Notes: a model not told the origin generated them from the letters alone. Counted from the stretch's first letter, positions 9,827 through 18,727 are shown. The stretch is 64,000 nucleotides of DNA from an uncultured Gemmatimonadaceae bacterium (GCA_963817955.1 CAWFQK010000002.1:448001-512000); one strand, 5' to 3'. Program-made: numbers and translations.

Positions 9827-11065
9827 CTACCACAAATCCCCTACCGTGATCGTCCACCGTGGCGCGATGGATCCGTGTCCCCCCAACCCGTGTCCCACGG
9901 CAAGGCCTGATTGATTCACGAAGACCGGCGCATCGAAACGCACGTAGACGTCGCGATCGTAGAGTCTTCCCCGGGCGATCAGACCTGCGCCAGCATCCGT
10001 GAGTAGCGCGTTGTCGAGCGCGATCTGCCTCGATGAGGCAATACCGGCATCGCCGAAGACGCTCACGGACAGGGAGCCGCGCCCCCACGAGCCATGCGCG
10101 CTCGCCACCTGCTGCACGACTTCCCCGTTCGCTGCCACGACGCCATCGAGCGGCACATCGAAGCCGAATCCGCGGAGACCCGCACCGCCGATCGGCAGAT
10201 AGTTCACGCCGCTCTGTTTGAGGAGTGCACCGCGCGGACGGAAGAGATCGTTGTTGAAAGTCTCGAACGGATCGGATGACGAGGCAAAGATCGCCCGCTG
10301 TCGGGGCGCGTTGTGCGCCAACCCGCCATACACGCGCACGTGGAGCTGCGAAGTCGTGCTCACGAGCGAGCGCACCAGCCCCAACGAGCCCTCGGCGCGC
10401 AGATAGCCGCGCGTTGGCTCGGCGGTCGTCGAGGAGTTGTCCGACGCCAACCCTCCGGCGAGGGAAGCCCGCACGGTCGTGTATTCGCTATCCGCAGTGA
10501 CCACGCTTCGGTAGGCGCCCGAACCACCGATTTCTGCCACGTTCGCATTCGACCACTGCTCCGGCAGCAACAGCGAGTCACTCGGCATCGCGACGGTGAC
10601 GTATGCCTTGGCCGTGATCGCCGGCCCCGGATTGAAGATGTACGGGCTCAGATCCCACTTCCGGAACACATCAAGCTTGAGCAGACCGTCGAGGTAATTG
10701 AACGCGCCGCCATAGTCCATCAGCGGGCGCTCCATTCCGGGGAGATAGAGGTTCTCCGCTCGCGCCCACACCTGCGCGCGAGTCGCGATGCTCGGCGACT
10801 GGCCGTTCGATGCGCGCGGCGCGCGCGTAGCGAATGCGATGCCGCCGTCGTAGATGTCGACTGTCGACAAATAATTGGTCTTGGCACGAATGCCGAACAC
10901 CGCGCCCTGCGGGTCGCTGTACCATGCAGCGGGCGCGAGCGCCACGATGGTGTGCGCTCGGTCGGTCTGATTGAGGTATGGCCAGTTGTACGTGATCCGC
11001 GGCTCGCGCACGCTGATCAGAAGACTGGCGTTGATGTCGTTGCGCCTATCCCAGTCCCACGTCAC
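9827..11065 (-). CDS. C-terminal outer-membrane beta-barrel (Omp85-like) part of the frameshifted M1 peptidase gene
   Basis: Amphipathic strands, GLRGFG and VFGDAG motifs, terminal Trp; becomes in-frame with the upstream ORF if one base at 11077/11078 is removed. Confidence 0.6.
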   Translation of the reverse strand: MTWDWDRRNDINASLLISVREPRITYNWPYLNQTDRAHTIVALAPAAWYSDPQGAVFGIRAKTNYLSTVDIYDGGIAFATRAPRASNGQSPSIATRAQVWARAENLYLPGMERPLMDYGGAFNYLDGLLKLDVFRKWDLSPYIFNPGPAITAKAYVTVAMPSDSLLLPEQWSNANVAEIGGSGAYRSVVTADSEYTTVRASLAGGLASDNSSTTAEPTRGYLRAEGSLGLVRSLVSTTSQLHVRVYGGLAHNAPRQRAIFASSSDPFETFNNDLFRPRGALLKQSGVNYLPIGGAGLRGFGFDVPLDGVVAANGEVVQQVASAHGSWGRGSLSVSVFGDAGIASSRQIALDNALLTDAGAGLIARGRLYDRDVYVRFDAPVFVNQSGLAVGHGLGGHGSIAPRWTITVGDLW

Positions 11066-12917
11066 GTGGTTCGGGTCCGAGCTGCACCAACAGTGGGCGG
11101 TCCGGCGTGAACACGTGCACGTAACTGTGATCCATCAGCGGATCGCCCCGGGCAACCGTCCATCCCGCGGAGGTCAACACCCCGACCGGCATCGGATGCC
11201 GCAACTCGCCACGGCGGTCCACGCGCGCGATCGTCTCGTACCGCGTGCCGTCGGTATTGACGCCCACAGGTCCGAGCGCGTAGTCCATCAATCCCGTGCC
11301 GTGCACCCACTCGTCGAAGAACCAGCCGAGCGGGCGGCCGTAGGCGCGTTCGGCCGATGCGCGCATGGCGCGCTCGTCCACGTGCTTGAGCGCCCAGCGG
11401 TCATAGTAGTCATGCAGGAAGGCGTGGAACACCGTGTCGCCCATGGCATCGCGAAGCTGTCCGTACATCAACTTCGCACGATTGTAGATCATTTCGTTAT
11501 AGATCCCAAACTCGCGAAAATCGGCGGAATTCGTACCGATGGGTTGTGCGCGCCCGTGTACCTCGAGCGACCACTGCGAGAGGTTCGTGCTGTCGTTCCC
11601 CGGAATCGTGACGGCATTCACGCGATACCCCTCCGGCAGCCGCGGCGGCTCAAGCACCCGGCCGATTCGCTCCTGCGGTGTGAGACGCTGCGCCCAGTCC
11701 GTCTGGTAATCCGTGAGCCCCTCGTCCATCCAGCCAGACCTCCACTCATTGTTGGCGAGGATGCCATAGGTGAACACGTGCCCGCTTTCATGGAGAATGA
11801 GCCCCTGCGACGCCGATCCGTCCATGATCATCATGGGAAACTCGGTGCCGCCGGGATCGAGGCGATGCACGTTCGAGAGCTGCGGATAGGCGTACGGTCC
11901 CCAGATCGACTCGAGCCAACGGAGCGCGAACATCGTGCGCTCGAGCGCGCGTCCGCCGCCCCACGTGCTGTCGTCGCCTGCCTTGTACAGCACGTGCACC
12001 GCAACCGTGTCCCACGTGGGGAAATGCATCCGGCCGACGTGTCGGACATACACGCCGCCCTCATAGCGATAATCCGGCGACGCACTCCAGGCAAAATGAT
12101 GCACGTTCTCGGCAACGAATCGCACGGCGCGGTAGCCATCGGGAACCACCAGCGCACTGCCGGCCGGCTGCTCACGATAGGCGCTCGCGGCCAGATGGGG
12201 CGGTCCATTCCGCGACACCCGCGCCCATCCTGGATCGCCGGACACGGGAACACCCGTGGACGCCAGGACCTGATCGTCGCGCACGATCATGGTCACGTCG
12301 TAGGTGCCGAACTCGCCGTACAGCTCGCCGGCCGGGATGAGCGGGTTTGGTTCCCAGCCGCCGCGATCGTACACGGCGACCTTCGGATACCACTGGGCGA
12401 AATCCCACGTGCGGCCGCGGCGCCCCTGTCGGCGTGTCACCGTGGACGGACGCGCGTCCCACGCAAAGTGAATCTGCACCGAATCGCCGGGCGGGAGAGG
12501 CTTCGGCAGGCGGAAGTGCATGACGGTGCTGTCGGGCGTGCCGGGATAGTCGATGATTACCGGCGTGCCGTTGACGGTCGGCGCCTGCGTGAGTCGTTCG
12601 TAGCCGAAATTCGGTTCGGCAAGATACTGAAAGCGAACGCGGTTTTCGCGGGCGTCGGCCGCGCTCCACTTGGAGCCTGGACGAAACGCATTCAGGTACT
12701 GGTGGAAGTACATCTCACGCAGCGTGTCGGGCGATTGGTTGGTGTACACCAACGTGCCATCCGCGCGCAACTTGGTTTGCGACTCGTCGAGCGTGGCGAC
12801 GATCTGATAGTGCACGTGCTGCTGCCAATAGCCGGTCGTGTCGCCGGAGGGCGGTGTCGTCGCGCCCTGATAGGTGCCTTGCTGAAGCAGAGCGAGCAGT
12901 CCGAGAAGCTGAATCAT
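11046..12917 (-). CDS. M1 family zinc aminopeptidase (N-terminal part; frameshift near 11077)
   Basis: GGTEFP, HESGH-x18-E (WMDEG), YWQQ, YNRA; hydrophobic N-terminus. Confidence 0.9.
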   Translation of the reverse strand: MIQLLGLLALLQQGTYQGATTPPSGDTTGYWQQHVHYQIVATLDESQTKLRADGTLVYTNQSPDTLREMYFHQYLNAFRPGSKWSAADARENRVRFQYLAEPNFGYERLTQAPTVNGTPVIIDYPGTPDSTVMHFRLPKPLPPGDSVQIHFAWDARPSTVTRRQGRRGRTWDFAQWYPKVAVYDRGGWEPNPLIPAGELYGEFGTYDVTMIVRDDQVLASTGVPVSGDPGWARVSRNGPPHLAASAYREQPAGSALVVPDGYRAVRFVAENVHHFAWSASPDYRYEGGVYVRHVGRMHFPTWDTVAVHVLYKAGDDSTWGGGRALERTMFALRWLESIWGPYAYPQLSNVHRLDPGGTEFPMMIMDGSASQGLILHESGHVFTYGILANNEWRSGWMDEGLTDYQTDWAQRLTPQERIGRVLEPPRLPEGYRVNAVTIPGNDSTNLSQWSLEVHGRAQPIGTNSADFREFGIYNEMIYNRAKLMYGQLRDAMGDTVFHAFLHDYYDRWALKHVDERAMRASAERAYGRPLGWFFDEWVHGTGLMDYALGPVGVNTDGTRYETIARVDRRGELRHPMPVGVLTSAGWTVARGDPLMDHSYVHVFTPDRPLLVQLGPEPRDVGLG

Positions 12918-12955
12918 GGTCGAATTGTATCTGCAAGCCCGACTAATTTCAGTGC

Positions 12956-13786
12956 ATGGCACTTTCCCGCCCCAACGCGCTCGCCCCAATTGTCGGCGGC
13001 ACCTGGCACGTCACACTCGCCGCCATCGTCCTCGTCGTCGCGGCGGCGGCGGCGATGGGGCAGACGCCGGCCACGATGCCCTCCGCGCGCGTCACGCTCC
13101 AGATCGACTCAGCCACCGTCGCGCGCTTCGATGCGCGGTCGTTCGACCTCGGCGTCACGCAACAGGCGCCATGGCCCGACGGGTCGGCGGCGGCGGCCGA
13201 GATTCAGTTCGTGAAACAGGCCGGCGCGTTCTCGGGGGACCTCATCCGTCTCGGTGCGAGCGGCGCCCGCGCGCCGTCCGGCACGATCGAGGTGCTTGAC
13301 TCGCTCGGCGCCGCGACGCTGACCGTTCACCTCAGCGACGTGGTCGTCGTTTCGGATCACATTTCGTTGTCCAGCGCTCGGGTGGCGCTCGAGCAGCAGC
13401 GCATCTCGCAGCAGGAGACGCTGACGCAGCTCAACGCCGACTCCCAGGAAGCGCAGCGGCAGCTTGCCACGGCGGAAGAACTTGGCAAGAGCCATGTCAC
13501 CACGCGCCAGGATCTGGCCCATGCGCGCGCAATAGCGTCGGAACTCCAGCAGCGTCTGGAGCTGGCGCGCCAGCGACAGGCGTTGCTCGTGCGACAACTT
13601 CAGGCGCAGGGCGCGCTGGACGAAACGGTCGTGTTGCACTTCGGCCGACTGGAAATCGACAGCCCAATGCCGGGCGGGCATGCAAGTTGGGATTTCAGCA
13701 CCGGCCGACGGACGGCGCCGACACCAGATTCGGTGTCACGGCGCGGTCCGGGGCGGCCCAACGCCGCACCGCCCCTGCGGCCGTAG
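12956..13786 (+). CDS. Secreted Hcp-fold-like protein with inserted coiled-coil hairpin (hypothetical)
   Basis: Signal-peptide-like segment; Hcp-like blocks FDLGVTQ, IQFVK..FSGDL..G, VHLSDVVV, ETVVLHFGRL, SWDF; Q/E/R/L-rich insert at aa ~139-219. Confidence 0.55.
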   Translation: MALSRPNALAPIVGGTWHVTLAAIVLVVAAAAAMGQTPATMPSARVTLQIDSATVARFDARSFDLGVTQQAPWPDGSAAAAEIQFVKQAGAFSGDLIRLGASGARAPSGTIEVLDSLGAATLTVHLSDVVVVSDHISLSSARVALEQQRISQQETLTQLNADSQEAQRQLATAEELGKSHVTTRQDLAHARAIASELQQRLELARQRQALLVRQLQAQGALDETVVLHFGRLEIDSPMPGGHASWDFSTGRRTAPTPDSVSRRGPGRPNAAPPLRP

Positions 13787-14026
13787 CCGTTCAGGACGTC
13801 GCGTCAGGCGGACTCGAGCACGTGGCGCTGGCGGACTGAACCCGTCCTCCGCGCGGTGAGAGCTTGCTCAACCCATGTGCGATGTCAAACGCAAGTCCGT
13901 ATTCCCGCATGACCTGACACGAGAATCCCGATAGGCAAGACGAACGCGCCACGTACACTGGAATGCGTTCGCTTTTCCCATTCAACGGCTGGTCGAGTTT
14001 GTTTACAGTCGTCACAAGGAGGAATT

Positions 14027-14242
14027 ATGAATGAGATGAACAAGGATGAGCTGATCAAACAGGTCACGCAGCACGCGGGAATTCCGGCCGACAAGGCGAA
14101 GCTCGCAGCGGACTCGGTCGTCACGTTTCTCAAGTCGAAGCTGCCGGCACCCGTCGCCGGGCAGATCGACTCGGTAACCGGGGGCCGGTTCGCCGACGTC
14201 ACCAAGAAGGCCGGTGACTTCATGGGATCGAAGGACAAGTAG
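14027..14242 (+). CDS. Small helical hypothetical protein
   Basis: Strong RBS AAGGAGG upstream; MNKDELIKQV..AGI...KAKLAADSV resembles the HU N-terminal helices/DUF2267-like proteins; followed by a terminator. Confidence 0.75.
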   Translation: MNEMNKDELIKQVTQHAGIPADKAKLAADSVVTFLKSKLPAPVAGQIDSVTGGRFADVTKKAGDFMGSKDK

Positions 14243-14255
14243 TCGTCCGAAGAAG

Positions 14256-14294
14256 AAAACGCCCGGGAGGCTCTCAGAGCCTCCCGGGCGTTTT
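14256..14294. terminator. Bidirectional intrinsic terminator
   Basis: AAAACGCCCGGGAGGCTC-TCA-GAGCCTCCCGGGCGTTTT between convergent genes. Confidence 0.9.
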
Positions 14295-14331
14295 CAGCAC
14301 ACGTCATGGCGTCGCCACGGACGCCGATCCG

Positions 14332-17010
14332 TTACGGCACGACTGCCGCCTTGCTTTCCTTCTGGACCGGGTTCTTCACGTAGATGTCGAACCACGCGAT
14401 CCACCGCGCCCACTGGTCGAGGTCGGACTCGCGCGTCGCGGGGCCGTGATCCTCGTACGGGTACATGAACAACGCCGCCTGCTTCCCCTGCCCCTGCAGC
14501 GCCTGCATCATGCGAATCGAGCTGATCGGGTCGGTGCCGACGTTCTGATCTTCGAGCGAGTGGTACATGAGCAGCGCACCACTCAACCGGTCGGCATACA
14601 GGAACGGCGACATTTCGAGGTACGTGTCCTTGGCGTCCCACAACGTGCGACGTTCGTTCTGGAAGTTGAACGGCGTGAGGGTACGGTTGTACATGCCGTC
14701 GCCGGCGATGCCCGCCTTGAAGTACGGTGTGTGGGTCATCGCATTCACGGTGCTGAACGCCCCATAGCTATGGCCGCCGATTCCCACGCGACCACGGTCG
14801 AGGTAGCCAGCCTTCTCCACCGCCTCGAGGGTGAGATCGAGATCCTCGCGTAGCTCGTCCACATAATGGTCGTTCATGCGCCCAGCCGGCCCAACGATCG
14901 GGATGTCCACCGGTTGAATGACGACGTACCCCTGCGTCACCCAGATTTCAGGGCTGCGCGGCGCAACGTTGGCGAACTGATTGATGTTCGTCGTGCGACG
15001 ACGCTGATCGTACTCGGCCTGCGTCGAGAATTCCGTCGGATAGAACCAGATGATGCCCGGCAGACGCGTGCCCTCGCGATAATCCTTGGGCAGCGTGACG
15101 TCGATATAGAACTTGTAACCGTCCCGTGGACGTTCGACGAGCAAACGCTTCCGAATAGCCTGCGTCACCTCGGGCGCGACGTCCACATTCTTCGTGAGCT
15201 TCGTTTCGCTCCCGGTCTTCATGTCGCGCAAATACGAATCGGAGATCATCGACGGCGACTGCCGCAACACGATCGCCTTGTTGTAGTCGTCGTCGAGCGG
15301 CGCAACGACATCTTCCGCGACGTCACTCGTTCCTTCGTACAGACGCGTCTTCTGCCCGCTCTCGAAGTCGACGCGATCCACGAAGTTGTGCGGTGCCTGC
15401 TTGTTCCAGTCGGGGAAGTACTTGGTGCCCTCGAGAAAGACACTCTTGTTATCGGAGGCCACCCGCACGACCGGCACGCCATTCGCTCCGCGCTTTGTCT
15501 GGAGCGCTCCCGGGTTGTTGAAGAACGCCGAGTCGCTCACATTGCCGCGACCACCGCCGGCGCCACCCGCTCCACCGCGGCCGCCGCGGCCAGCAGCGAT
15601 CGAGGCGCCCTTCGCAATCTCGTAATGCTTTGCCGGATCCGCGAGACGAACCGCGTACAGATCGGTCCCCTCAGCCACGAACAGCGTCTTGCCGTCTGGG
15701 CTGAACTCGGCGGACGTGATGCGACTGTTCGCCTCGAAGATCTGTTTGGCGTCATTCGCACCAAAGGGCGGCAGCCACGTGTACAGCCGATCCTTCCGCG
15801 CCGCCGTCGCGCCGCCCCGGCCACCGCGACCGCCCGCCGGCGCTGCGCCACGTTGTCCGCCAGTGCCGGCTGCCGGCGCTTCGGACAACAGGTACACCAG
15901 ACCCGGGCCAACCGGATTCCACTGCAGGTTGCGCTTGGCAGTATCCGACTGCGCGCCGCCGCGTCCACCGAACCCGCCAGTCGAGTCGCTTCCGCCGGCC
16001 GAACCTTCGTTGAGCGGGCGCTTCGCCAGTACCGTGATCACTTTGCCAGTCGCGTCCCAGAGCTGCTCCACGGTGCCGAAACTCGTGACCTGCACGAGAT
16101 ACGAGTAGGGCCTCACTTGCAGCGTGACGCGGAAATACTGGCCATCGGGCGACGCATCGACGGCTGTGATGAGCGCCGGCGCGCCGATCTTCTTCACCGC
16201 TTTGGATTTCACATCGATGAGCGCAAGCTGACCGAGCGTGTAGTAGTCGAGTAAATCCTTGTCGTACGGGTCGCGCAGCAGGCTCGCGTAGTTGCGGTTC
16301 TGGAGCACCTTGCCCGCCTCGCTCGTGCGCACGAGCGGCCCCGTCTCGATCGCTGGCCGTTTCGGCTCGGCGGGACGGTTGTCGGGGAGTAGCACGGCAA
16401 CGATGCACTTGCTGTCCGCCGTCCAATCGAGCGTGGTCACGCGAGTGGCAAGCAACGGCGTCTTCGTGATCTGCACCGACTTGCCCGTTGCGACGTCGGC
16501 GACATAGACGTGCGTAGCCGCGTCGAAGCTGGCGATGTAGGCGATCGATTTGCCGTCGGGAGACCACGTCGCCCCATTCACTACGGCGCCTTTGGGCGTC
16601 TCGATCGCGCGCGCTGCGCCGGTGTTGGGATCGAGAATGGTGAGGCCGATGCTCCCGCGCGTGGTGAGCGCACGGACCCGATTGGCCTTGAAGTCGATCT
16701 CGAGGCCCGCGAGCCGGTAATGAGGCTTACCGAAGACGTCCACGGAGGGCAGCCCATCGTTCTCCGCCTTCAGGAAGAAGCGGTTGTCGGGGCTGGGGTT
16801 GGTGAAGGCAACGCCATTCCGCGGCGCCGTGACAATGCGCTCGACGATCTCCGGCGGCTTGACGTAAGTCTCTTTGGCGAGGACTTCCTTCGGATTCCAC
16901 CCTTGTTGGGCGACGTTCTGGGCGCCGAGAGGTAGGGCGAATGCCGCGAGACCGGCGGCGCCGATCATGAAGCGCGTCAGGAGGCGCTTCGGCGGGGAAA
17001 AGCGGTTCAT
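14332..17010 (-). CDS. S9 family prolyl oligopeptidase-like serine peptidase, exported
   Basis: Signal peptide, WSPDG/ASPDG/FSPDG propeller repeats, nucleophile motif GGHSYGA, catalytic D (EDQNV) and H (EDHG). Confidence 0.9.
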   Translation of the reverse strand: MNRFSPPKRLLTRFMIGAAGLAAFALPLGAQNVAQQGWNPKEVLAKETYVKPPEIVERIVTAPRNGVAFTNPSPDNRFFLKAENDGLPSVDVFGKPHYRLAGLEIDFKANRVRALTTRGSIGLTILDPNTGAARAIETPKGAVVNGATWSPDGKSIAYIASFDAATHVYVADVATGKSVQITKTPLLATRVTTLDWTADSKCIVAVLLPDNRPAEPKRPAIETGPLVRTSEAGKVLQNRNYASLLRDPYDKDLLDYYTLGQLALIDVKSKAVKKIGAPALITAVDASPDGQYFRVTLQVRPYSYLVQVTSFGTVEQLWDATGKVITVLAKRPLNEGSAGGSDSTGGFGGRGGAQSDTAKRNLQWNPVGPGLVYLLSEAPAAGTGGQRGAAPAGGRGGRGGATAARKDRLYTWLPPFGANDAKQIFEANSRITSAEFSPDGKTLFVAEGTDLYAVRLADPAKHYEIAKGASIAAGRGGRGGAGGAGGGRGNVSDSAFFNNPGALQTKRGANGVPVVRVASDNKSVFLEGTKYFPDWNKQAPHNFVDRVDFESGQKTRLYEGTSDVAEDVVAPLDDDYNKAIVLRQSPSMISDSYLRDMKTGSETKLTKNVDVAPEVTQAIRKRLLVERPRDGYKFYIDVTLPKDYREGTRLPGIIWFYPTEFSTQAEYDQRRRTTNINQFANVAPRSPEIWVTQGYVVIQPVDIPIVGPAGRMNDHYVDELREDLDLTLEAVEKAGYLDRGRVGIGGHSYGAFSTVNAMTHTPYFKAGIAGDGMYNRTLTPFNFQNERRTLWDAKDTYLEMSPFLYADRLSGALLMYHSLEDQNVGTDPISSIRMMQALQGQGKQAALFMYPYEDHGPATRESDLDQWARWIAWFDIYVKNPVQKESKAAVVP

Positions 17011-17107
17011 TGCGTACTCCACGAATGGGGCGGCGATCGGAGGAGACATATTGGGTCAGACGAGATATACGATATACGACGCCTCGGCGCAGGACGCTGT
17101 GGCGGGG

Positions 17108-17158
17108 GGACACCGGACACCGGACACCGGACACGGGACAACGGGACAACGGGACAAG
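17108..17158. repeat. Intergenic 7-8 bp tandem repeat
   Basis: GGACACC x3, GGACACG, GGACAACG x2, GGACAAG. Confidence 0.9.
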
Positions 17159-17195
17159 AAAATCCCGGCCGCAGGTGGAGGCGAGCCGGGACTTC
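17156..17195 (-). terminator. Intrinsic terminator after atpH
   Basis: Minus strand TCCCGGCTCGC-loop-GCGGCCGGGA followed by TTTTCTT. Confidence 0.75.
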
Positions 17196-17249
17196 GATGA
17201 CTACGAACGACCAGCAGCAACCACGAACGACCAGCGGCCCAACCAGCGC

Positions 17250-17792
17250 CTACCTCCCCGCCAGCATCTTCGACCGAAGCGTTGCCAAGCGGCGACGAAC
17301 GGAGCCATCGAGGACGGTTTCACCGACACGCACGATGACGCCGCCCAGGATGCCAGGATTCACGTGGAAGTGCGGCACCACGTCCTTGCCGAGAGTGCGC
17401 GAGAGCTGTGCGACGATGAGCTGACGGTCCGCATCGTCTGCTTCGCGGGCCACCGTGACTGACGCATGGATGCGACCTTCGACCTGATCCACCAGGTCGT
17501 GATACGCTTGCGCGATCGTCGGGATCAGCATCTGGCGGCGGTGGCTCACCAGCGCCTGCAGAAAGCGTACGAAGTTGCGGGGCAACTGCCCGCCGTACGC
17601 TCGCTGGATGATCTCGTTCTTGCGCTGGGCGCTGGCGCGCGGCGACTCGAGGAACATGCGGAGCCGACGATCGGACTCCATCGCGTTGGCGACGGAGTCG
17701 ATCATCTCGCCCCAACCGCGCAAGTCGCCCGCTCGTTGCGCCAGTTCGAGCAGCGTCTCGGCGTAATTCCGAGCGATCGTTGGCTCGCGCAT
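17250..17792 (-). CDS. atpH: ATP synthase F1 subunit delta
   Basis: IARNYAETL, ILGGVIVRVGETVLDGSV. Confidence 0.95.
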   Translation of the reverse strand: MREPTIARNYAETLLELAQRAGDLRGWGEMIDSVANAMESDRRLRMFLESPRASAQRKNEIIQRAYGGQLPRNFVRFLQALVSHRRQMLIPTIAQAYHDLVDQVEGRIHASVTVAREADDADRQLIVAQLSRTLGKDVVPHFHVNPGILGGVIVRVGETVLDGSVRRRLATLRSKMLAGR

Positions 17793-18385
17793 TACTGGCT
17801 GACCTGCAGCGAACCGATCGAGGAGAGATACGCCTCGACGAGCTGACGGTTCTTCGCGCTCTCGAGGTTCTGCTCGATCACCTTGCTGGCGCCGGCGAGC
17901 GCGAGGTCCACTGCTTCGCGGCGGAGCTGGATGATGGCGCGCCCCTTCTCCGTTTCAATGTCACGGCGGGCGCGCTCCAGCATGTCCTGCTGTTCCTTGC
18001 GCGTGTGATCCAGGAGGTCAGCGCGCATCTTCTCTGCGAGCGCCCGTCCGTCGGCAATCAGCTTCTGCGCCTCGCCGCGCGCGGCGTCGAGTTGCGCCTG
18101 ATGCTGGCGAAGGAGCTCGGCGGCCGCGTCGCGGTCGCGCTTCGCGCCCTCGATCGCGTCCTCCAACGCCTTCTCGCGTGCTTCGACGGCCTTGGTGATC
18201 GGGCCGAACGCGAACTTCGTGAGAATGAAGAAGAGGACGACAAAGATTATGAGCGTCCAGAACATCAGATTGATCTGGAGGCTCACGAGGCTGCCACCAC
18301 CGCTCGCGGCATGTCCGCCTTCCTGGGCGAGCGCGGCGGTAGCGTTCAGCGCGAGAAGCGCGACAGACAGCGAAAACTTGCGCAT
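17792..18385 (-). CDS. atpF: ATP synthase F0 subunit b
   Basis: FWTLIIFVVLFFILTKFAFGPI..REK followed by a long coiled coil; position in operon. Confidence 0.95.
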   Translation of the reverse strand: MRKFSLSVALLALNATAALAQEGGHAASGGGSLVSLQINLMFWTLIIFVVLFFILTKFAFGPITKAVEAREKALEDAIEGAKRDRDAAAELLRQHQAQLDAARGEAQKLIADGRALAEKMRADLLDHTRKEQQDMLERARRDIETEKGRAIIQLRREAVDLALAGASKVIEQNLESAKNRQLVEAYLSSIGSLQVSQ

Positions 18386-18416
18386 AATGAGAAGTCCCGA
18401 TTGACAGAGAGAGATC

Positions 18417-18448
18417 TTGAAAGCTGCGCCCCGGGGCGCAGCTTTCAA
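18417..18448. other. 32-bp perfect palindrome immediately after the atpE stop
   Basis: TTGAAAGCTGCGCCCCGGGGCGCAGCTTTCAA is its own reverse complement. Confidence 0.9.
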
Positions 18449-18727
18449 TTAGAACTTGAGTGAAATCAGCAGCGTGACGACCACAGCGAACAGCGCGACG
18501 CCTTCCACGAGAGCGGCCAGAATCAGCGCGCCCGTCTGGATGGTGCCGGCGATCTCCGGCTGACGTGCCATTGCCTCGGTGGCCGAGCCACCGATGCGGC
18601 CGATGCCCAGACCGGCACCGATCACCGCGAGTCCGGCGCCAATGCCGGCGCCGAGCATTGCCCACGCACCCTGGTACTCCTTGGGCGCGTACGACGCAGC
18701 TGCCTGAAGAAGCGGAAGAATAGCCAT
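18449..18727 (-). CDS. atpE: ATP synthase F0 subunit c
   Basis: GAGLGIG, ARQPE, ALVEG (ion-binding Glu). Confidence 0.97.
   Translation of the reverse strand: MAILPLLQAAASYAPKEYQGAWAMLGAGIGAGLAVIGAGLGIGRIGGSATEAMARQPEIAGTIQTGALILAALVEGVALFAVVVTLLISLKF

Noticed and set aside
10971..13214. Long antisense or alternate-frame ORFs (e.g. 10971-13214 +, 473-1741 +, 14866-16254 +, 19079-20320 +)
   Set aside because: Shadow ORFs of well-supported genes in GC-rich DNA; Arg/His/Pro-rich with no motifs
12956..13786. Type VI secretion or prophage locus
   Set aside because: No sheath, baseplate, VgrG, ClpV or phage genes in the window; only an isolated Hcp-like fold
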